From an uncultured Nitrososphaeraceae archaeon (lineage in GTDB: Archaea > Thermoproteota > Nitrososphaeria > Nitrososphaerales > Nitrososphaeraceae): a stretch of 64,000 bases of DNA. Under the pieces are notes generated by a model. That model did not search any database. It was not told the DNA's origin and saw only the letters and a list, made by a program, of their open reading frames with translations. The DNA lies in assembly GCA_963825865.1 (NCBI GenBank), contig CAWGVG010000005.1, forward strand, positions 76,039 to 140,038. The letters run 5' to 3'. A program made the translations under genes and the position numbers. Below, one piece after another: positions 47,743 through 59,628 of this stretch; within the stretch, counting starts at the first letter, position 1; the number at the start of each line of letters is the position of its first letter.

Positions 47743-48336
47743 TTAGTTTCTAAATTTTAAACAAACAATATAGAGCTCACTACTCTGTTGTCTGCTGGCA
47801 CCAGGTTTAGTCAGTAGCACTTTGTGGAAATTAGAGTTTAGATCGTCCTTTACTTCATTTAGCAATCCTCCTTCGAATACCTTGAAAATTGCATTACCAT
47901 CTTTCTTCAATATTTTTTGTGCTACACTAAGGGCACTTTTTGTAATGGAGATCTGCCTTACATGATCAATATCCCAAATTCCACTGACATTAGGAGAAAG
48001 ATCAGATAATACTACATCTGCTTTAGAATTTAGAATCTTAATAACTTCATCAATTATCTCCTGATCCTCGATATTGCCATGCAAAATTATTGCTCCTTCT
48101 AGAGGTTTTACCTCCTTGAGATCTATTCCAATAACTTTACCATAGGAGCCAACTTCTTTTATTGCTACCTGTAGCCACCCACCAGGAGCACATCCCAGAT
48201 CGATTACTTTGTTCCTTTGTCTAAAAATATGATAAGAATTGTTTAACTGTAAAAGTTTGTAGGCAGATCTACTTCGATAGCCTTTGTCCTTAGCTAATTT
48301 GCGATAACGGTCTTTTCGTGCATCAGAAAGCTTCAA
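47743..48336 (-). CDS. rlmE: 23S rRNA 2'-O-methyltransferase RlmE/FtsJ
   Basis: YRSRSAYKL, DLGCAPGGW, VLSDLSP, KP.ASR..SSE. Confidence 0.95.
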   Translation of the reverse strand: MKLSDARKDRYRKLAKDKGYRSRSAYKLLQLNNSYHIFRQRNKVIDLGCAPGGWLQVAIKEVGSYGKVIGIDLKEVKPLEGAIILHGNIEDQEIIDEVIKILNSKADVVLSDLSPNVSGIWDIDHVRQISITKSALSVAQKILKKDGNAIFKVFEGGLLNEVKDDLNSNFHKVLLTKPGASRQQSSELYIVCLKFRN

Positions 48337-48926
48337 TCAAGTAAAAAAAGTTATTTCAATTTGTTATAAAAATATTGCGTGTTGTAATAAACTTCGGCAA
48401 AAATCAATACACCAACAACTCTAAGGTAATCCAGGGATTATATTTGGTTCATATGTGTGCGTACTGCCCACTTTATCCATTGTTCCTTGCTGATATGTAT
48501 CGTATTTTTTGTAGACTATGGATTATGGTGCACTAGTAGCAGAGCAATACACGCGTGGAAACAACCAATGGTATCAATGATGATCTAGATCTTGACTTTA
48601 AGAAGAGTGCAGTTACATCCTTCTCTTGGCCTGCGGTTTACATAGCAGTAGAAGAACCATTCAGCGCACTTAAGCAACTATCATTCTCGGTAAGGATATT
48701 TGCACTATCGGTTTGGACCATTTATGTAGTAAACAGGCTTCAACACAAGTATCATAGTTGAATTAATTTTTTCTCTCTTTCTTTCTCTCTCTGCATATTC
48801 TCTTTCTTATTTTCTATATATCTCCTACGCATATTTGTGCAACTTCGCCGTTATTATTTAGGTCCCATATCATATAGCGACTGAAATAAATATTATAATA
48901 TAGAAGGCATTTTAGAACTACTGCTA

Positions 48927-49978
48927 ATGGGCTTTAGAAGGTTTTTTCTTATTCGATTGGCAAGGATGTTTATTACTCTGTCTGCCGTGCTTTTGATAAC
49001 TATTGTCATTACTGGGTTCAACCATGGATGACATTCTTAGACGCAACATACAACTAGGTGTCATAGAAGATCTTAGCCACAATACTAAATTAAATTCCAG
49101 TTTTAAGACTCATGAAGAACAGCAAAACTATATCTACAACCAGATAAAGTCGAAAGTACATGCACAGGGTCTTGATGAACCATGGTATTCACCAAAATCT
49201 CTAGGAATAAAGTTTTTCAAAACAATGACGTTGGACCTTGGCAACGCACTCTTCTTGACTAGTAACGCAGGATCACAAAAGGTAAGCAACATAATAATGG
49301 AAAAGTTACCCAACACCGTATTATTATTTACTACATCTACCATCATAATTACATTTATCGGAATGTATCTTGGAGCATTTTCTGCTAGCAAGGCCGGCTC
49401 ATTGATTGACAGGTTTACCTCAGCGTCTGCAATATTTAGCAGCAGTGTCGCTACCTTTTTTATAGGAATGATCATGATAATTGTCTTTGCATATATTTTA
49501 CACATATTTCCATCTAGGGCGACGCCATTAACAGCCCCTAATGATCCATATTATATTTTTGACCTTCTTTACCATATGACCCTGCCACTAATCACTTTAG
49601 TTTTGGTTGGCTTCGGAGCATGGGCCTATACAGTTCGTTACTATGTAATCAACGTTTTTAATGAGGACTTTATTACAGCCAAAAGAGCGCAAGGAATATC
49701 TGAGAGAAAAATAACTTACTCGCATGCGTTAAAAAATGCAGCACCCCCGACATTCACCTCAATTGCTTTGTCTCTTTCAGGATCGTTGGGAGGTGCCTTT
49801 CTTATTGAGATAGTTTTTAATTGGCCTGGCATGGGTTTGCTAGCATTTAATGCTATCAATGTATTTGATACACCAGTAATAATTGGTCTAACCTATATGA
49901 GTACCCTGATCTTTGTTGTCACTATGTTCATTGTTGATTTGATGTCTCAGGTACTTTGATCCCAGAGTGAAGACATGA
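48927..49978 (+). CDS. Peptide/nickel ABC transporter permease DppB/OppB (frameshifts near both ends)
   Basis: LPNTVLL, HMTLP, TAKRAQG, IEIVFNWPGMG, DPRV tail. Confidence 0.9.
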
Positions 49979-49985
49979 TATAGAT

Positions 49986-51389
49986 ATGAGTGTTAAAGCA
50001 ATATTAAAATCTGATTTTTTAAACGAATTTAGAAAGTCAAAGGGCGGTGTAGCAGGTATTGTTATACTTTTCTTTCTTGTGGCTATGTCAATATATGCAG
50101 CTGCTTCAGTGCCATTAGACTCATTTAGGCAGTGGAATAACCCCAGCTACTGGATAAAGTATCCTAAATCAGCCATGCCATCATGGACTAATATTTTTGC
50201 TTCAAAGAAGCAGCCGGAGCATTTAATCATGGATAAAGCTATAGTAAAATCTCAGATTGATGAAGGAATAAGAACCGTAAAGTATGCTTATAAATTTGCT
50301 TTCAATTATGATTTCTTTCCTAACGATTTTATGATAAGCTATGGGGTACGGTATAATTCCACACCTCCTTTGGTCGACGTTGAATTGATACGGCCAGATG
50401 GAGAATCATTGGCAATCATCTCAACCTCATTGCCCTCTGCGCAGAGTAGCCAGTACACCTTCAGGGATACTATTTTTTCAACAGAAAGCGAGATCAAGGA
50501 TAATCTTCGAAATTACATTAACAAGTACTCGTATGCCGTAGATGCGACAAGACCAGAAATAATGCTCTTTTCCGCTAGGGACAAACCCAGCGTCTTAAAA
50601 GGCACTTACACATTAGTTCAAACCTTTTCTTTTTTTGATGAGAAAGGAAATGACAAGGTTGTAAGCTCGGAATTTATTCTCGGAGGTAAGGTATATGGAT
50701 TATTAGGAACAGACGAATTCCGTCACGATTTGTCAATAGGAATACTCTGGGGGACCCCTGTAGCACTATTTATTGGATTATCCGTTGCTATTGTATCTAC
50801 ATTTGTAGGATTGATCTATGGCTTAGTCGCTGCTTACAGAGGAAGGAAAACAGAGCCAGGTCTGATGATGGTAGTCCAAATTATTATTAACATTCCCACT
50901 TTGTTCATACTTATCATACTATCTATAACAATAGGCAGAAACATCTTTCTAATAGTGGGATATTTTATTTTATTTGGATGGGTAGGCATGGCCCTGATCA
51001 GTCGGAGCATGGGATTGCAGATAAAGACGTATACATATATCGAAGCAGCAAAGTTGATGGGAGAATCCGATATAAGGATAATCTTTAGACATATAATACC
51101 ACAGTTACTGCCATTTGCCTTTGCAAGTATAGCATTATCTGTCCCCAGCGCTATTTTATTGGAGTCCGGACTAAGTTTTTTAGGACTTGGAGACCCGACA
51201 ATTCCTACTTGGGGTAAGATACTTCACGATGCGCAGTCTACAGATGCGGCTGCAAGGGGAATGTGGTGGTGGATAGCACCTCCTGGAATAATGATAGGAA
51301 TTACAGGAGCGGCTTTTGTTCTAATTGCCCGGGCCTTGGAATCCATAGTAAACCCAAAAATGATAAATCCCAAAATGAAAAAAGCCTAA
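49986..51389 (+). CDS. Peptide/nickel ABC transporter permease DppC/OppC
   Basis: LLGTD, YIEAAKLMG, ESGLSFLGLG, WWW..PPG. Confidence 0.93.
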   Translation: MSVKAILKSDFLNEFRKSKGGVAGIVILFFLVAMSIYAAASVPLDSFRQWNNPSYWIKYPKSAMPSWTNIFASKKQPEHLIMDKAIVKSQIDEGIRTVKYAYKFAFNYDFFPNDFMISYGVRYNSTPPLVDVELIRPDGESLAIISTSLPSAQSSQYTFRDTIFSTESEIKDNLRNYINKYSYAVDATRPEIMLFSARDKPSVLKGTYTLVQTFSFFDEKGNDKVVSSEFILGGKVYGLLGTDEFRHDLSIGILWGTPVALFIGLSVAIVSTFVGLIYGLVAAYRGRKTEPGLMMVVQIIINIPTLFILIILSITIGRNIFLIVGYFILFGWVGMALISRSMGLQIKTYTYIEAAKLMGESDIRIIFRHIIPQLLPFAFASIALSVPSAILLESGLSFLGLGDPTIPTWGKILHDAQSTDAAARGMWWWIAPPGIMIGITGAAFVLIARALESIVNPKMINPKMKKA

Positions 51390-51393
51390 CCAT

Positions 51394-51744
51394 CTATATA
51401 CTGCTACTACTTTTATTATTATTGTTATCCTTTTGAAATAATCTTATTTTTTCAAGCATAGAGTCGGAAAGCTTTAACGTATACGCAGATGCATCATCTG
51501 ACGAGAATTTTGAAAGTTCTTCTAAGAATTTTGTTTTGTCTCTGCTTCTTTCGTATAATCCACCAGATTCCTTAATACAGAGAGGAAACTTTTGCATCTT
51601 GGCACCGTTCTTGTTTAGATGGTTTATAAATGCACGATAACCGTTAATATCATACCACTCTAATCCCTTCTCTTCACAAAACATTATCCATGTATCTATG
51701 GTATTTTGGAAGAAAGCTTTGCTGCGAAGTTCTTCGAGAGTCAA
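51394..51744 (-). CDS. Hypothetical protein
   Basis: 116-aa ORF with natural composition. Confidence 0.7.
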   Translation of the reverse strand: MTLEELRSKAFFQNTIDTWIMFCEEKGLEWYDINGYRAFINHLNKNGAKMQKFPLCIKESGGLYERSRDKTKFLEELSKFSSDDASAYTLKLSDSMLEKIRLFQKDNNNNKSSSSI

Positions 51745-52054
51745 TTTTATTATTAATAATACTATTAATTTTTATAAATAAGAATGCTGTGTTTTTATTG
51801 ATTAACACAACACAGCACTTGTGCGCTGCCACCGCACCATTTTTGTATCTATTTATATATATATATATATGCATCACGCCAGTTTGGTCAAAGCTGAAAG
51901 ATAATCAGATTTTATTTGAGCCTGTTCAAACAACTCTAGCGATATTTTCCATACGGGATAACCTTCAGTTCTGACACATTCTTATGACTATACCGTGCTA
52001 GCTTTTTTTATTAACTATAAGATTTCGATATAAAAGTATATATATATCTAAAAA

Positions 52055-52300
52055 TCGTATTGGAAAAACTGGAATAGCACATCAACTGTTAGATTATTCC
52101 ATTGGAAAACCCATTGGAAAAAGTTTTTCCACAACTAATAGTTAGTCTTTACCTCATGTGGATAGTATAACATTCCACAACGTTTTCCATTGGAAAAAAA
52201 GGCTTTCCAATAGCTTTTCCATTGGCAAAATCGAGACTTTTGTATTACTTTTGTTTACTAAAGTAAACATGTAGATTGATTACGTTTACATTAGTTTACA
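52055..52300. repeat. Cluster of ORB-like TTCCATTGGAAA boxes plus GTTTAC repeats (candidate replication origin)
   Basis: Boxes at 52097, 52111, 52185, 52217; half sites at 52059, 52126, 52173, 52204; GTTTAC/GTAAAC at 52253, 52263, 52284, 52294. Confidence 0.65.
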
Positions 52301-52438
52301 GAACTTGACTACGTATCTTGTAAAAACAAAAGCAAAAGCAGAAGCAGAAGCAGAAGCAGAGTAGTAGAGGATTCAGTCATATTGTTGTTTAGGAATATAT
52401 TATACGTTATGAAAAATACAGACAAAATGTTTTATAAG

Positions 52439-52972
52439 TCATCTTCTAACTGAATCAGTTCTTTGTCTAGAATATATATATCCATATATAGATTCAGAAG
52501 AACATCTGCTCATAAAGCCCTTGTACAAAGTCAGTACAGTGGTAGAAGATAGAATTTCTAATTCCATACTGTTGCCATTTCTGTCAAATGCACCTATTGT
52601 CGTATCCGCATATGGGTGGCTAATAATAACCGATACCACACCATAATAATTATTTAAATCTTCAAGCGATGGTTTGTTAGAGCTGCTCGGGTGTGAATGA
52701 GCAGTGCCTATATATGAGAGATCAAAAGGTAAATCATAAGTGGGAAACCCAGAATAATAAGGACCATGTGAAGAAAAGGGAGGAATAATTAATCCGTTAA
52801 TAATGATTTGATGTTTTTTGTTATTGGTTTTTCCCTGTAAAATCAAAATCCCCTCATTTGGATGCCATGTCTTGGCATATGTGATAATCCCATCTGCAAC
52901 TTGTCGAGTCAATAAAACCTGTCTCTTTCTGGAAGGTTCAGTTTTCTCCTTATTTCTGTTTTTAAAAAACAC
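52439..52972 (-). CDS. JAB1/MPN (JAMM) metalloprotease
   Basis: PNE, GTAHSHP...PSLED. Confidence 0.9.
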   Translation of the reverse strand: MFFKNRNKEKTEPSRKRQVLLTRQVADGIITYAKTWHPNEGILILQGKTNNKKHQIIINGLIIPPFSSHGPYYSGFPTYDLPFDLSYIGTAHSHPSSSNKPSLEDLNNYYGVVSVIISHPYADTTIGAFDRNGNSMELEILSSTTVLTLYKGFMSRCSSESIYGYIYSRQRTDSVRR

Positions 52973-53214
52973 TCTGATTTATTTTATTATGAATCTTTTA
53001 TTTTAATATTGACTGCGTTCTGTTCACTTATTGAGTTCTATAGATAGTGTTAATAATAGGATCATAGAAAATTTCCAGTCCTGTTAATCTATATTTTTGT
53101 TGTTGTTGTTGTTCAAAACATATGAAAACGATTTCTTCTACTACTACTACTACTTATTATCAAACATTAACGGACATTTTCCCAAAAAAAAACAATAAAT
53201 CCTTTATGTTTATA

Positions 53215-54123
53215 CTACCCTTCTTTTGGAATTTTCTTATCTACAACTAATATGTCATTATTATCTTCAGGCGACCAATTATCAGTGGCCATTTCTTTCT
53301 TTCTCTTTTCAATATCTTCTAGCGCCACTTTGATGTAGTCTGCATCTATCTCTGTCCCCATATAGTTTACACCCAATTTAATACATGCCAAGGCAGTAGT
53401 CCCTATTCCCATAAATGGATCATAAACAAGCATATCTGGTTTTAGTCCATGCATCTTTATACAAAGATAAGGCAGTTTCTCAGGAAATACCGCTGGATGA
53501 TATCGACTTTCTTGAATGGTAGGATACGGAATAAACCATACGTTACCTCTGTCCCTTTTATCTTGCGTTGCAGACTTCCACCTTCCAATATTTGTCTTAT
53601 CTTGATAAGGCACACCAATTGCTCTTTTATTCAGTTTTACATTGCCTTCTTTTGTAAAATGAAAGATATATTCTTGAATGTCAGTTAGGTACCTGTCACT
53701 AACTATTGGTTTAAAATGACCTATTGAATAGTCTCGGATTCCATTATTTTTTCCAACATCCGTTTTTTCAAACGAGATTGATTTTATCCAATGAATTGTA
53801 TTTTGTAATTGATACTCAGCTTTTCTAAAATTCTCGATTACCTCGAAGGGAAGCATAGGATAAGACGGTGTTCCACCTATGTTAAGAAAGAATGAACCAT
53901 TATCTTTTAAAATTGAATAACTTAATCGGGCTATTTCACAAAGCCAATCCAAATAGTCTTTTCTTCCTTTATTGTCTCTATATGAGCCATATTCTTTATT
54001 GATATTATACGGGGGTGATGTCACAATAACATCTACTCTTATGCCATGTGAAATGGCTCTTTTCATAAAGTCTTTGCAATCTTCATGATAGATGTTGTTG
54101 TTGTTGTTGTTTAGTTCCACCAC
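53215..54123 (-). CDS. DNA methyltransferase, N4/N6 family (beta class; SPPY suggests m4C)
   Basis: VTSPPY, HPAVFP, DPFMGIGTT; no adjacent restriction endonuclease recognised. Confidence 0.93.
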   Translation of the reverse strand: MVELNNNNNNIYHEDCKDFMKRAISHGIRVDVIVTSPPYNINKEYGSYRDNKGRKDYLDWLCEIARLSYSILKDNGSFFLNIGGTPSYPMLPFEVIENFRKAEYQLQNTIHWIKSISFEKTDVGKNNGIRDYSIGHFKPIVSDRYLTDIQEYIFHFTKEGNVKLNKRAIGVPYQDKTNIGRWKSATQDKRDRGNVWFIPYPTIQESRYHPAVFPEKLPYLCIKMHGLKPDMLVYDPFMGIGTTALACIKLGVNYMGTEIDADYIKVALEDIEKRKKEMATDNWSPEDNNDILVVDKKIPKEG

Positions 54124-54525
54124 TTTATAGTAACCTTATGGAAACCAGCTAATAACCTCTTTTCTTATCATTTTAGATACAAACTTCGAGAAAAGACATT
54201 AATACAATTTACATTAATGTAATCCATGCATTATTTATTTTTTCCTCGATTTTGATTCCACAAACTTCAGCAGGGAGCTATCTTTCTTTTGCCTTGTAAT
54301 CCTTCATATGGTCTCACATAATTATATGATAAGTATGATAATAAAAAAATAAACCTTCTATTTGAGATAGCCCGTATAAACTTCAACAATAGGAATGATA
54401 ATACAATATGATGTAGCAATCTAAGTAATTGTACAGAATTCAGTTGAATATATGGCATTTAGTAATTTTCTCGAAAATGATAATAGATAATAAACAGGGA
54501 GCTTGTTATTAATTTTATATAGCGT

Positions 54526-54840
54526 ATGATAGGACGAATGAAAGATATAGAAAAGGATAGAATAATATTTCGTCGGGGGGTAGTTGGAAATGATGAAGAT
54601 GGAACGCCCCTATTAATCAACTACAAAGGAGAGGGATATCGAGTCAATGATACTGCTGTCTCATTATGGAATATGTGTAACGGTATAACTTTTCAAGAGC
54701 TTGTTTACGAGGTACTGCGAATCTCTAGCGATGATGAATCGAAGGTCAAGAAATCGCTTTTAGAAATGTTAAGACAACTCAAGAAGGCTTCTGTTGTAGA
54801 AATTAAAAAAGTAAAAGAAAATACAGTCATACCACGTTAA
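54526..54840 (+). CDS. PqqD/RRE-like small protein
   Basis: YRVNDTAVSLWNMCNGITFQELV pattern. Confidence 0.65.
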   Translation: MIGRMKDIEKDRIIFRRGVVGNDEDGTPLLINYKGEGYRVNDTAVSLWNMCNGITFQELVYEVLRISSDDESKVKKSLLEMLRQLKKASVVEIKKVKENTVIPR

Positions 54841-55212
54841 ATATTATTATATGAAAAGATGTAGTGCAAGAGAGAGAGTTCTAATACTTACCATATGCAG
54901 TACTAATAAACCAAGGCCAAAGAGTTTTTCTTAAATAAAAAAACGAGAACTGGCTATTTACTATTGCTTAGAATTTATTATTAGTGTTTTTTTATGAATC
55001 TCTAAAAAACAAACTAAACGTTGAAATATGAATGTTAATCTTTTTAAATGCCATAAAGAAGATCTGCTTTAGCTGTTGCATCAGCATATAAAGCATAGTA
55101 TAGTATGTTTTAGTTACAACATAATAATAATAGTGGCAGTAGCAGTATATCTGAGTGATCATTAAAAAATGCTATCTTTTTTAAGGGCTTTATACTACGA
55201 ATGAATTGAATA

Positions 55213-56486
55213 ATGGCTAATAATTGCTCTCTTTTTCTCTTAGAAGTAGGCCTTGCTGCGTTTGATGAGAATAACAATCTACTAATCTCAAAGAAATTTG
55301 ACAATGCAATAAGTTCCTACCATTCACTGAAAAGTGGAGAAAACTCAGATGAGCTTAAAGAGATTATCGAAAAGCTGCGCTCTTTTGATGATATAGCAGT
55401 TAACGACCAAAGCGTCGCTTTTCTTCTAAAACGCTCTGGTTTGAACAGCCATATAATGCCGCAGGAACAACAAGACAAAATACAGAATGCAAAACCTACA
55501 TTCATTGTCGATTCTCAATTAGCAAACAATGAAATGGAAGCGACTCAGGCATTAAGAGATTTTGCTATCAAATATTCATCTTCTAAAGTAAAAGAGGCTT
55601 CGGAAAAACTTGATCTTCATATCATTCAATCCATTAATGCCATGGATGAACTTGACAAAATAATTAACATAATAGGAGCTAGAATGCGTGAATGGTATGG
55701 TCTGCATTTTCCGGAACTTGACAATTTAATACAAAGCCTTACAGCCTACGCAGAAATTGTAACTAGGTCTGGCTTACGAGAAAATATTAACAGAGAAATC
55801 TTGGAAATTAGCGGCATCCAGGATAAAAAGGCAGAGATCATAATGGATGCTGCAAGAAGAAGCAAGGGAGGAGACATGACTCCAAAAAATATTGCAATGG
55901 TAAAAAAACTTGCTGATGAAGTTATATCTCAATCAGAATTACGCAGAATTTTAGCAGAATCACATAGAATTTGCCATGGAAACCGTGGCTCCAAATATAA
56001 AAGCAATGTTGACAGCGTCCGTAGGAGCAAGAATTATTGCTAAAGCAGGAAGTTTGAGCAGATTAGCTGTCCTACCTGCAAGCACTATTCAAGTGCTAGG
56101 GGCTGAAAAGGCGTTATTCAGAGCTCTGAAAACTGGAACAAGGCCTCCAAAGCATGGATTGCTATTTCAACACCCATTGATTCACGCTGCCACCAAAGTG
56201 GCAGCGCGGTAAAATTGCAAGGGCAGTAGCGTCCAAACTAGCAATAGCTGCGAGAATCGATGTATATCGCCATGCAGAAAAGGACTTGTCTATTTCAAAA
56301 CGTTTGGATACTCGAATCGCAGAGATACAAGAAAAATACAAGGAACCAATTATGGAAAAAGAGAGAAGTAGAAGGTATAGTGAGCATATGCAACGCCAAC
56401 GACAACAGCAACCTGCGGGTATGGGAAAACATAAGTATAAAGACAGAAAGAGGGATAGAAAACGATTTGGAAAGCGACGGTATTAA
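55213..56486 (+). CDS. nop5: C/D-box RNP protein Nop5/Nop56 (frameshifts near 55958 and 56190)
   Basis: REWYGLHFPEL, APN, PASTIQVLGAEKALFR, PKHG. Confidence 0.93.
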
Positions 56487-56614
56487 ATGGATATTCTTGG
56501 TTGCAAATGCGTATTAAATTAGTATATCATTATGATAGTAATATGAAAAGTACGCGTTAATTTGTCTTTATGCGAGCTTTTAGCATTATTAGCAATTACA
56601 AGAAGTCTGATCAC

Positions 56615-57873
56615 GTTTATGTCTGGAAGGAAGCCCACGTTCTTTAGAGGCGGGAGGAATTGCCGACAATGGTAATAAGCTAAATAATAGAATCGCATTT
56701 ATTGAACAATATCTTTCAATAACATGCTTCAATCTCTAATGATCAGACTTGAAACCTCGAAGAAGATAAAGTTAGATTGCTAGAGACTATGAGAAAATAT
56801 AATGAAGCATGTAATTTTGTAGCAGAGAAAGCGTTCAATCCTTAAGACTTTTAACTAACAAATACAAATTACATAAAGAAGTATACAAAGAAGTAAGAGA
56901 GAGATTTGGCTTGGGTTCTCAGTTTGTTATAAGAGCAATAGGCAAAGTTATAGAAACATACAAACGAGATAAAGAGATTAAACCAGAATTCAAAGAACTT
57001 AGGTTCAATACAATACGACCAGAGAAATTCTAAAATAGGAATTGATACGGTATCAATAATGACTTTGCAAGGAAGGTTAAAACTTCCTACTAGAATAGGA
57101 GAGTATCAGAAAGCAAGGTTTGATAGGGTTTGTGGTCAATGTGATTTAATATACGTAGAAATATGTTTTTACCTTTGTCGTTACAGTAGATGCACCAGAA
57201 AAGTCAGAAGAATATGATCCTGTTGGTGCTTTAGGCGTAGACTTGGGAATTGAAAATATAGCAGTAGATAGCGATAGACAGATATTCGAAAGTAAAAAAG
57301 TTGAGAAAGCAAGACAGCATTATAACAAACAAAGATCAGTATTACAGAAAGTTGGAACCAAGTCAGCAAAGAGAAAATTAAAGAAAATATCTGGTAAGGA
57401 AAGACATTTTAAGAAAGATACTAACCATGTAATATCAAAGGCCATTGTCTCAAAGGCTAAAGGCACAACTAGAGCGATAGGAATGGAGGATTTAAAGTAT
57501 ATTCGTTCTCGTTCTAGAGCAACTGTTAGATACAAAGGTAGCAAAAGAGACAGGTATTCAAAATGGAGTTTTGGAGAACTAAGGAACTTTGTAACATACA
57601 AGGCAAAGAAAGAAGGTGTTCCATTGAAGATTGTAAGTTCTGACAACACTTCAAGGCAATGCCCTAAATGTGAATACATAGATCAGAGAAACAGAAAATC
57701 AAGAAATGATTTTGAATGCCTCCAATGTGGATATAATGAAATGGCGGATTATGTATGCAGCAAAAGAATATTGCTGCCAAGGTTAGGGTTAGGGCTGCAG
57801 TCAATCAGCCTATTGTAGCAGAGAATTTAATATCTAGTTACAAGCCCCGATGCTTTAGCGTGGGGTAGTTGAC
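56615..57873 (+). mobile_element. tnpB: IS200/IS605-family TnpB-only (IS1341-type) element; tnpB ~56724-57830 frameshifted
   Basis: GVDLG, MEDL, TSRQCPKC, CLQC, ADY RuvC/Zn motifs; left-end hairpin 56630-56654; right-end CAAGCCCC...GGGGTAGTTGAC. Confidence 0.9.
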
Positions 57874-58275
57874 ATGTTGTGTATTCATACCTGCAGCCTT
57901 AGACAACCTATACAACTTTACAAAAGACCCAATATCATCTTTAATTTCTTCATAGATCTGATAAAGATTATCAAGTTGAGTTAGCTTCCAACACTCTTTG
58001 TAGTATTGTGTTGCCTCTGTCTCATATTAGGTTTAATGCAATGGCTACTTGTATTGAAGATTTACTATCGGAAATAGATTGTAAGCTTGTGTTGATATAT
58101 AGACATCTCTGTTGTGTTTGCCCTTCTTCTGATTCCTTCTCTTCTCATGCTTTTTTCAAAATGGCACCTATATCCCTAAATGACATTCCAACTTGAGATA
58201 TCTCGTGTGTGTTTTTACCTTGGTTGTAATAAAGATCTAAAACAAGTCTTTCCTTTCCTGTCTTGTTAAAATCAT
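57874..58275 (-). pseudogene. HTH-containing gene remnant interrupted by the TnpB element (3' remainder left of 56614)
   Basis: MILTRQ..RLVLDLYYNQGK..MSFRDIGAILKK with internal stops; removing the IS joins AAGMNTQH to VIRLLVIANN in frame. Confidence 0.65.
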
Positions 58276-58325
58276 ATCTCTAATATGTTTATAATAAATA
58301 CGAAATAAAAATAGAATGATAAAGT

Positions 58326-58406
58326 TGCTACCACCTGTTACCAATTTTGTTACACCTGCTACTCCTGGTTACCACCTGCTATCATCTGTTACCAGCTGCT
58401 ACCAAG
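58326..58406. repeat. Eight imperfect ~10-bp tandem repeats, TG(C/T)TACCACC
   Basis: TGCTACCACC TGTTACCAATTT TGTTACACC TGCTACTCC TGGTTACCACC TGCTATCATC TGTTACCAGC TGCTACCAAG. Confidence 0.85.
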
Positions 58407-58612
58407 ATATTTCAAACTGAACTCAATAGAGAAGTAATAGGCGCTAATTTTCGTGGCATCAATTTTTCTTAATTATATTTTTATGTGTGCACCTGTGGGT
58501 GAATTTATTTAGAGCATGTGACTTGGTCGCATGGTCACACGTTGAAAGTGTTTTGTACCCAAGTGAGACATAAAAAATTTATTTAGAGCAGAATGATTTG
58601 TTTTACTGCCTT

Positions 58613-59628
58613 ATGTTAAGGTCTATCTCCTTACACGCAATAGCCGTTTTTATTCTCCTCATACTTATGATCTCTTCTTCGTTATCTGTATCTGTTGGTC
58701 AAACGACAGAAGGGTCATCTTCATCATCTACACGATCATTTTGGACAAATGGTGCACCCATGCCTACACCAAGATCAGAAATTAGCTGCCACAAGTTTGG
58801 GAGATACCATCTATGTTATTGGAGGATTTGACACATCTGGACAACATACAGATATTGTAGAAGCTTATAGTGTTAAAGATAATACATGGAGCCAGGTTCA
58901 CCCTCTACCTCATGCATTGCATCATACAGCTGCCTCATCTTTTAATGGTAAAATATATGTGGTTGGTGGATACCTTTGATAGTCAATGGACACCTAGCAA
59001 CAGGTTGTTCATTTATGATCCTCTCACAAATCAATGGCAAGAAGGTAAATCAATGCCTACTGCAAGAGGAGCATTAACTGCCAATTTTATTAATGGAATA
59101 TTATATGCGGTTGGCGGTAATCAAAGTTTTACTAATGATGGAATTCTAGCAACAAACGAAGCCTACGACCCTGTAACCAATACATGGACATCAAAAGTTC
59201 CAATGCCTACTGCACGACACCATGCGAGCTTCGAGCTGTGGTTGATGGAAAACTATACGTAATTGGTGGTAGGATTATTGGCATGTCACCTACAGTTAAT
59301 ATCAATGTTAACGAAATGTATGATCCTGATAAGAATAATTGGATTTCTTCGCTTGAGCCTTTGCCTTCTAAAAGAAGTGGAATTGCTGCCTGCTTCTTTG
59401 GATAATAGCAGTTTCTATGTTTTTGGAGGAGAAGAGCCTACTAAAACATTCAACAACAATGAAAAATACAATCCTAAAAGCAATAAGTGGACGATCGAGA
59501 CACCAATGCCTACTGCACGTCATGGATTAGGAGCAGTAGCCATTGACGGCAAAATATACGTAATTGGTGGGGGACCACAACCAGGTATGAGTGTAACTAA
59601 TGCAAATGAAATATTCCATGTTCGCTAA
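58613..59628 (+). CDS. Secreted Kelch-repeat protein (several frameshifts)
   Basis: Signal peptide, repeated MPTAR...IYVIGG...YDP..N.W. Confidence 0.9.

Noticed and set aside
48370-48761. Possible decayed gene or sRNA between rlmE and the ABC permeases
   Set aside because: No identifiable motif or complete C/D box set
52055-52300. Possible CRISPR array
   Set aside because: Repeats about 12 bp, irregular spacing, no cas genes
58326-58406. Possible CRISPR or coding repeat
   Set aside because: No spacers and no supported ORF
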